A stretch of 64,000 bases of DNA, taken from the NCBI GenBank assembly GCA_047947115.1, contig CP170459.1, positions 3,456,001-3,520,000 on the forward strand. Reading direction: 5' to 3'. The notes below the pieces were generated by a model, which saw only the letters and a program-made list of their open reading frames with translations, did no database searches and was not told the origin of the DNA. A program made the translations under genes and the position numbers. Shown here one piece after another: positions 60,593 to 64,000 of this stretch (position 1 is the stretch's first letter; each line of letters starts with the position of its first letter). The DNA comes from Verrucomicrobiota bacterium. Lineage in GTDB: Bacteria; Verrucomicrobiota; Verrucomicrobiia; Limisphaerales; AAA164-E04.

Positions 60593-63500
60593 AAGATCCC
60601 TTACCCCCATATGAAGACATCGAGGTCCAACTGACCGCGCTTCTTCTCGGTGAAGTTGGTGAGGAAGAAGCCCGAAGATTGCATGCCAAGATAAATTCGG
60701 ATCCGGCGTTGCAAGCCTTGCATCAGGAGCTCAAAGCCTCCACGGAATTGATGTTGGAAGCGGCCCAGGTGGGCTTGTGTGCGACCTCGGCTGATGAGCA
60801 GGCTCCCGTTCAAATGTCCGAAGACCGAAGACAGGCCTTGTTCGAATCATTCCGTAAAGAGGAGTCCGTAAACGTTCACTCGGGTAGTAAAGTGGTCCGA
60901 GGGATTCCCTGGTTTGTGCCGATGGGCATCGCTGCCGCGTTGATCGCGCTGATGTGTGTGACCAGTATGTTCCTGAACACCAAATCAGTCATGGGATCCA
61001 TCCGCAATGAGTTGGCTTCCATCGAAAAGCTCCGCGAATCCAATGTTGAAAGGGGATTCACCCACACCACCGAACTCTTCAGTAATGCGCCTGTTTCCTT
61101 CACTTCCGGGCAAGATGCGACAGTTCCTGCCGACGATTTTTATGTTTTAACACCTCAGGCGCCTGAGTCGGAGGTGACGGCAAAGCCACCCATGATCCGG
61201 AGACAGGAAACATTAAGTCGATTGGAAGACCTGCCTGCGACCCGACTTGCCCGCCGTCAGGTTTCAGTCGGCACGATGCAAGCCCAAACAGAGAACGCGG
61301 TTGCCTCGCCAGATTCCACGTCGGAGTCGTCCCGGGTGCGTGAATCACTGATGGGTTTTGGTTTGGAACGGGGCAACGTAAGTGACGCACTGGAGTCAGA
61401 AAGCCTGACCCGGGCATACAAAAATGAACTGCCCGGCATCCAGGCTGAAAATGAAGTTCAGATGCAACGCAATTTCTCAAAAGGCGTTTCCCCTGCCGAT
61501 TCAAAGGACTCTCTCGGGATTTTATCCAAGGCACCGGAGTTAAACAACCGTCCACAGATGGCAGCCGAAACCGGAACCCTGTCCTTGGGGCGACCTGCCT
61601 CCAGTCCGGCTGAGGGGCTTGCCGCAGGAAATATGTTGGCGAATGAGTCAGGGGAGGAAAGGTTTTACTTCAAGGCAGGTTTTGCCGGAAAACCCGATGA
61701 AGAACCTACAGTTCGATATAGAGATCAAAAGAGGACTGCCGAATCGCTTGAATCTGGATTTGGTGACCATCCAACATGGGGGATTCGTGAAGAGCTGTCA
61801 CCGCAAGAAAGTGTGGTGAACCGAGTTGACGACAGTTCCAATGACACTGGATCCTTGGATTTATTTGGTGTGCCGGCAAGCGAAGATACTCCTTTCGATG
61901 ATGTGCGAGGTGGATATGGAATCAACGTGGATCAAGATTTTTCGGTGCGCGACAAAGGCTTTGTGCAGGGGGTAGGGGGATTGCCCGCCGGAACAAGCGA
62001 TGTGCCGGCTGGTAATACTTTTGCGAGTGGCGAAGGTTCAGTATGGGCACTGGCAGACGATGGGCTGGGCGTTTCGGGAGGGCTGGGCGGTGGAGGTGTT
62101 GTCGCCGGTAATGCAGCCAGAGGTGGATCATTAGTTGAAGGATATGAACTTGAAAGCCGGGCGAAGGTTGATTCGTTAGGTGGGATGCAGAAGCATTTCG
62201 GTCGTGCTTCCGGTAATGCTTTCTTTCAATCGGAAACCATGCCTGGCGTTACCGAGCCTGATCAGGTCGCGCGGTTTGATGATAGGGCGACCGTTGTTGA
62301 TTTTTCGGTGGCCAGTTCTAATGCCCAGTTTGCGGAATGGGAGGAGCAGGTCATTGCCGAAAAGGAAATCGATTTGAGTAGCGATGGACTTGAACTGGCA
62401 GAAAACAGGAAATCTGTCAGTTCACCAGTTGATACCGCTGAATCCGTCGCATCCCTGAAGCTCAGTCAACAAATCGCCCCGGCCCCGGAAAGAGGTCGTG
62501 GATCACGACAACTCGGTGAGCAACAACAAAACATTCTTCAGCGCCGCTTGGAGCTGGGTGACACCTTTCAAGGACAGGTTCAAACCCTGAATAGAGGATT
62601 GACAACAGTTGCCGATAAAAACAGTGCGGTTGACTTTACTCCGCAAGTTGCATCGTCAAACGGATTGGATGCAGGGCTCGACTTTGACGCCGACGCCCCT
62701 CTTGACAGATCAGTCAAGGAGCTCTCGAGATTTTACGATGCAACGCGCAGCTTATCCAGTTTGGGAGAACAAATCCTGCCCGGCCCCCCTCAGGGTGAAA
62801 TCCAGGCACCTTCCCTCGGCATCGGGGAATCAAAACGATTGGGGGAAATTGCTCTGAAACAGGCAAAACCGGATGAGGCCGTCAAGCAGTGGTTCGCATC
62901 GCCATTGTCACCAGCTGTTGTCGAACCTTCAGGTTCCAGATCGGATGACACGGCATTAAGTCTGCTTGGGAAAAAACGTTCCATCTCCAAACCGCTGGCC
63001 GGAGCCAATGTGGAACACCGGCCGGAACAGGATGCCGGTGACGAAGCCATTTCGACATTTTCACTCAATGTTTCCGATGTTTCTTTCAAGCTGGCGCAGG
63101 CGGCTTTGGATCAGGGACAACTGCCAGATCCTGAAAGTATCCGAAGCGAGCAATTTCTGAATGCTTTTGACTTTCGCGATCCCGCGCCTTATTCGGGGCA
63201 GGCGATTGGTTTCAACTGGGAAGTGGCACGTCATCCGTTCGCTCATCATCGCAACGTTCTGCGTCTCGCTTTGAAGACTGCAGCCACCGGACGCGAAACG
63301 GGGCGTCCCATGAGTCTGACCCTGTTGTTGGATAATTCTGGATCGATGGAACGAAGTGATCGCCGGGAGATTCTACGTCAGGCGCTGGATGTTCTGAGTC
63401 AAACATTGAGCGAACAGGATAAGATCAGCGTGGTCAGCTTCGCCCGCACAGCGCGGCTTTGGGTGGATGGTGTGCCGGGTGGTTCGCCGGGTTCGGTGTT

Positions 63501-64000
63501 GGAACCCGTGCAAAAGCTGGTTCCCCAAGGAGGCACCAATCTCGAAGAGGCGCTGAATGTGGCCTACGAGGTGGCGCAGAATCATTACCTTAAGGACGGC
63601 GTGAACCGGGTGATTTTACTGACAGATGGCGCAGCCAACCTGGGCAACGTCGATCCCGAAACACTTAAACAAAAAGTCGAATCAGAGCGTCGTCGCGGTG
63701 TGGCTTTCGATTGTTTTGGCATTGGATGGGACGGGTTGAATGATCCGATGCTCGAATCGCTTTCACGAAACGGCGATGGCCGGTATGCTTTCCTGAATGA
63801 TCCTGCTGTGGCGGGGCATGAATTTGCCGGTCGTCTGGCGGGTGCTTTGAATGTGGCGGCCTCCGATGTGAAGGTTCAGGTGGAATTCAATCCGGGCCGG
63901 GTCGGAAATTGGAGGCAGATTGGATACGCCAAACATCAGTTGACGAAAGAACAATTCAGAGACAACACCGTTGATGCCGCCGAAATAGCCGCTTCCGAGG
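60589..64000 (+). CDS. Anti-sigma-like N-terminus + TM + long low-complexity linker + YfbK-type vWA domain protein (3'-truncated by the window, >1130 aa; absent from the ORF track)
   Basis: ATG overlaps the sigma stop (ATGA). Read by hand: MKDPLPPYEDIEVQLTALLLGE..., TM WFVPMGIAAALIALMCV, STFSLNVSDVSF, MIDAS LLLDNSGSM, GGTNL, RVILLTDG; no stop found to the window end. Confidence 0.88.
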   Translation, partial: MKDPLPPYEDIEVQLTALLLGEVGEEEARRLHAKINSDPALQALHQELKASTELMLEAAQVGLCATSADEQAPVQMSEDRRQALFESFRKEESVNVHSGSKVVRGIPWFVPMGIAAALIALMCVTSMFLNTKSVMGSIRNELASIEKLRESNVERGFTHTTELFSNAPVSFTSGQDATVPADDFYVLTPQAPESEVTAKPPMIRRQETLSRLEDLPATRLARRQVSVGTMQAQTENAVASPDSTSESSRVRESLMGFGLERGNVSDALESESLTRAYKNELPGIQAENEVQMQRNFSKGVSPADSKDSLGILSKAPELNNRPQMAAETGTLSLGRPASSPAEGLAAGNMLANESGEERFYFKAGFAGKPDEEPTVRYRDQKRTAESLESGFGDHPTWGIREELSPQESVVNRVDDSSNDTGSLDLFGVPASEDTPFDDVRGGYGINVDQDFSVRDKGFVQGVGGLPAGTSDVPAGNTFASGEGSVWALADDGLGVSGGLGGGGVVAGNAARGGSLVEGYELESRAKVDSLGGMQKHFGRASGNAFFQSETMPGVTEPDQVARFDDRATVVDFSVASSNAQFAEWEEQVIAEKEIDLSSDGLELAENRKSVSSPVDTAESVASLKLSQQIAPAPERGRGSRQLGEQQQNILQRRLELGDTFQGQVQTLNRGLTTVADKNSAVDFTPQVASSNGLDAGLDFDADAPLDRSVKELSRFYDATRSLSSLGEQILPGPPQGEIQAPSLGIGESKRLGEIALKQAKPDEAVKQWFASPLSPAVVEPSGSRSDDTALSLLGKKRSISKPLAGANVEHRPEQDAGDEAISTFSLNVSDVSFKLAQAALDQGQLPDPESIRSEQFLNAFDFRDPAPYSGQAIGFNWEVARHPFAHHRNVLRLALKTAATGRETGRPMSLTLLLDNSGSMERSDRREILRQALDVLSQTLSEQDKISVVSFARTARLWVDGVPGGSPGSVLEPVQKLVPQGGTNLEEALNVAYEVAQNHYLKDGVNRVILLTDGAANLGNVDPETLKQKVESERRRGVAFDCFGIGWDGLNDPMLESLSRNGDGRYAFLNDPAVAGHEFAGRLAGALNVAASDVKVQVEFNPGRVGNWRQIGYAKHQLTKEQFRDNTVDAAEIAASE

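Overview
A 64-kb chromosomal segment, most consistent with a Verrucomicrobiota/PVC bacterium (inferred from DUF1549/1553 + DUF1501, a TIGR03790-like protein, prepilin-like, LamG/PA14 and FG-GAP/ASPIC proteins). It mixes housekeeping genes (mutY, rnhC, recN, trxA, sigma54-driven glnK-amtB), a two-gene NAD-linked formate dehydrogenase, a block of large secreted proteins, an RND efflux operon and an ECF sigma/vWA anti-sigma pair. The main signal is UGA recoding. Three genes that the ORF track splits are continuous frames with one in-frame TGA, each followed by a SECIS-like hairpin with a GGU loop: a thioredoxin/PDZ protein (C-I-P-U-T-A-C), the FDH alpha subunit (U-H) and, unexpectedly, a 1248-aa secreted FG-GAP/ASPIC-TlpA-TPR protein (GDL-U-SFFWRR), a candidate unusual selenoprotein. 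There is also a ~6.7-copy tandem array of a 189-bp REP-like unit with two diverged solo copies elsewhere, and a 165-bp element with 27-bp terminal inverted repeats. No rRNA, tRNA, CRISPR array, transposase or sel machinery gene was seen. Family assignments come from motif recognition by eye; no searches were run.
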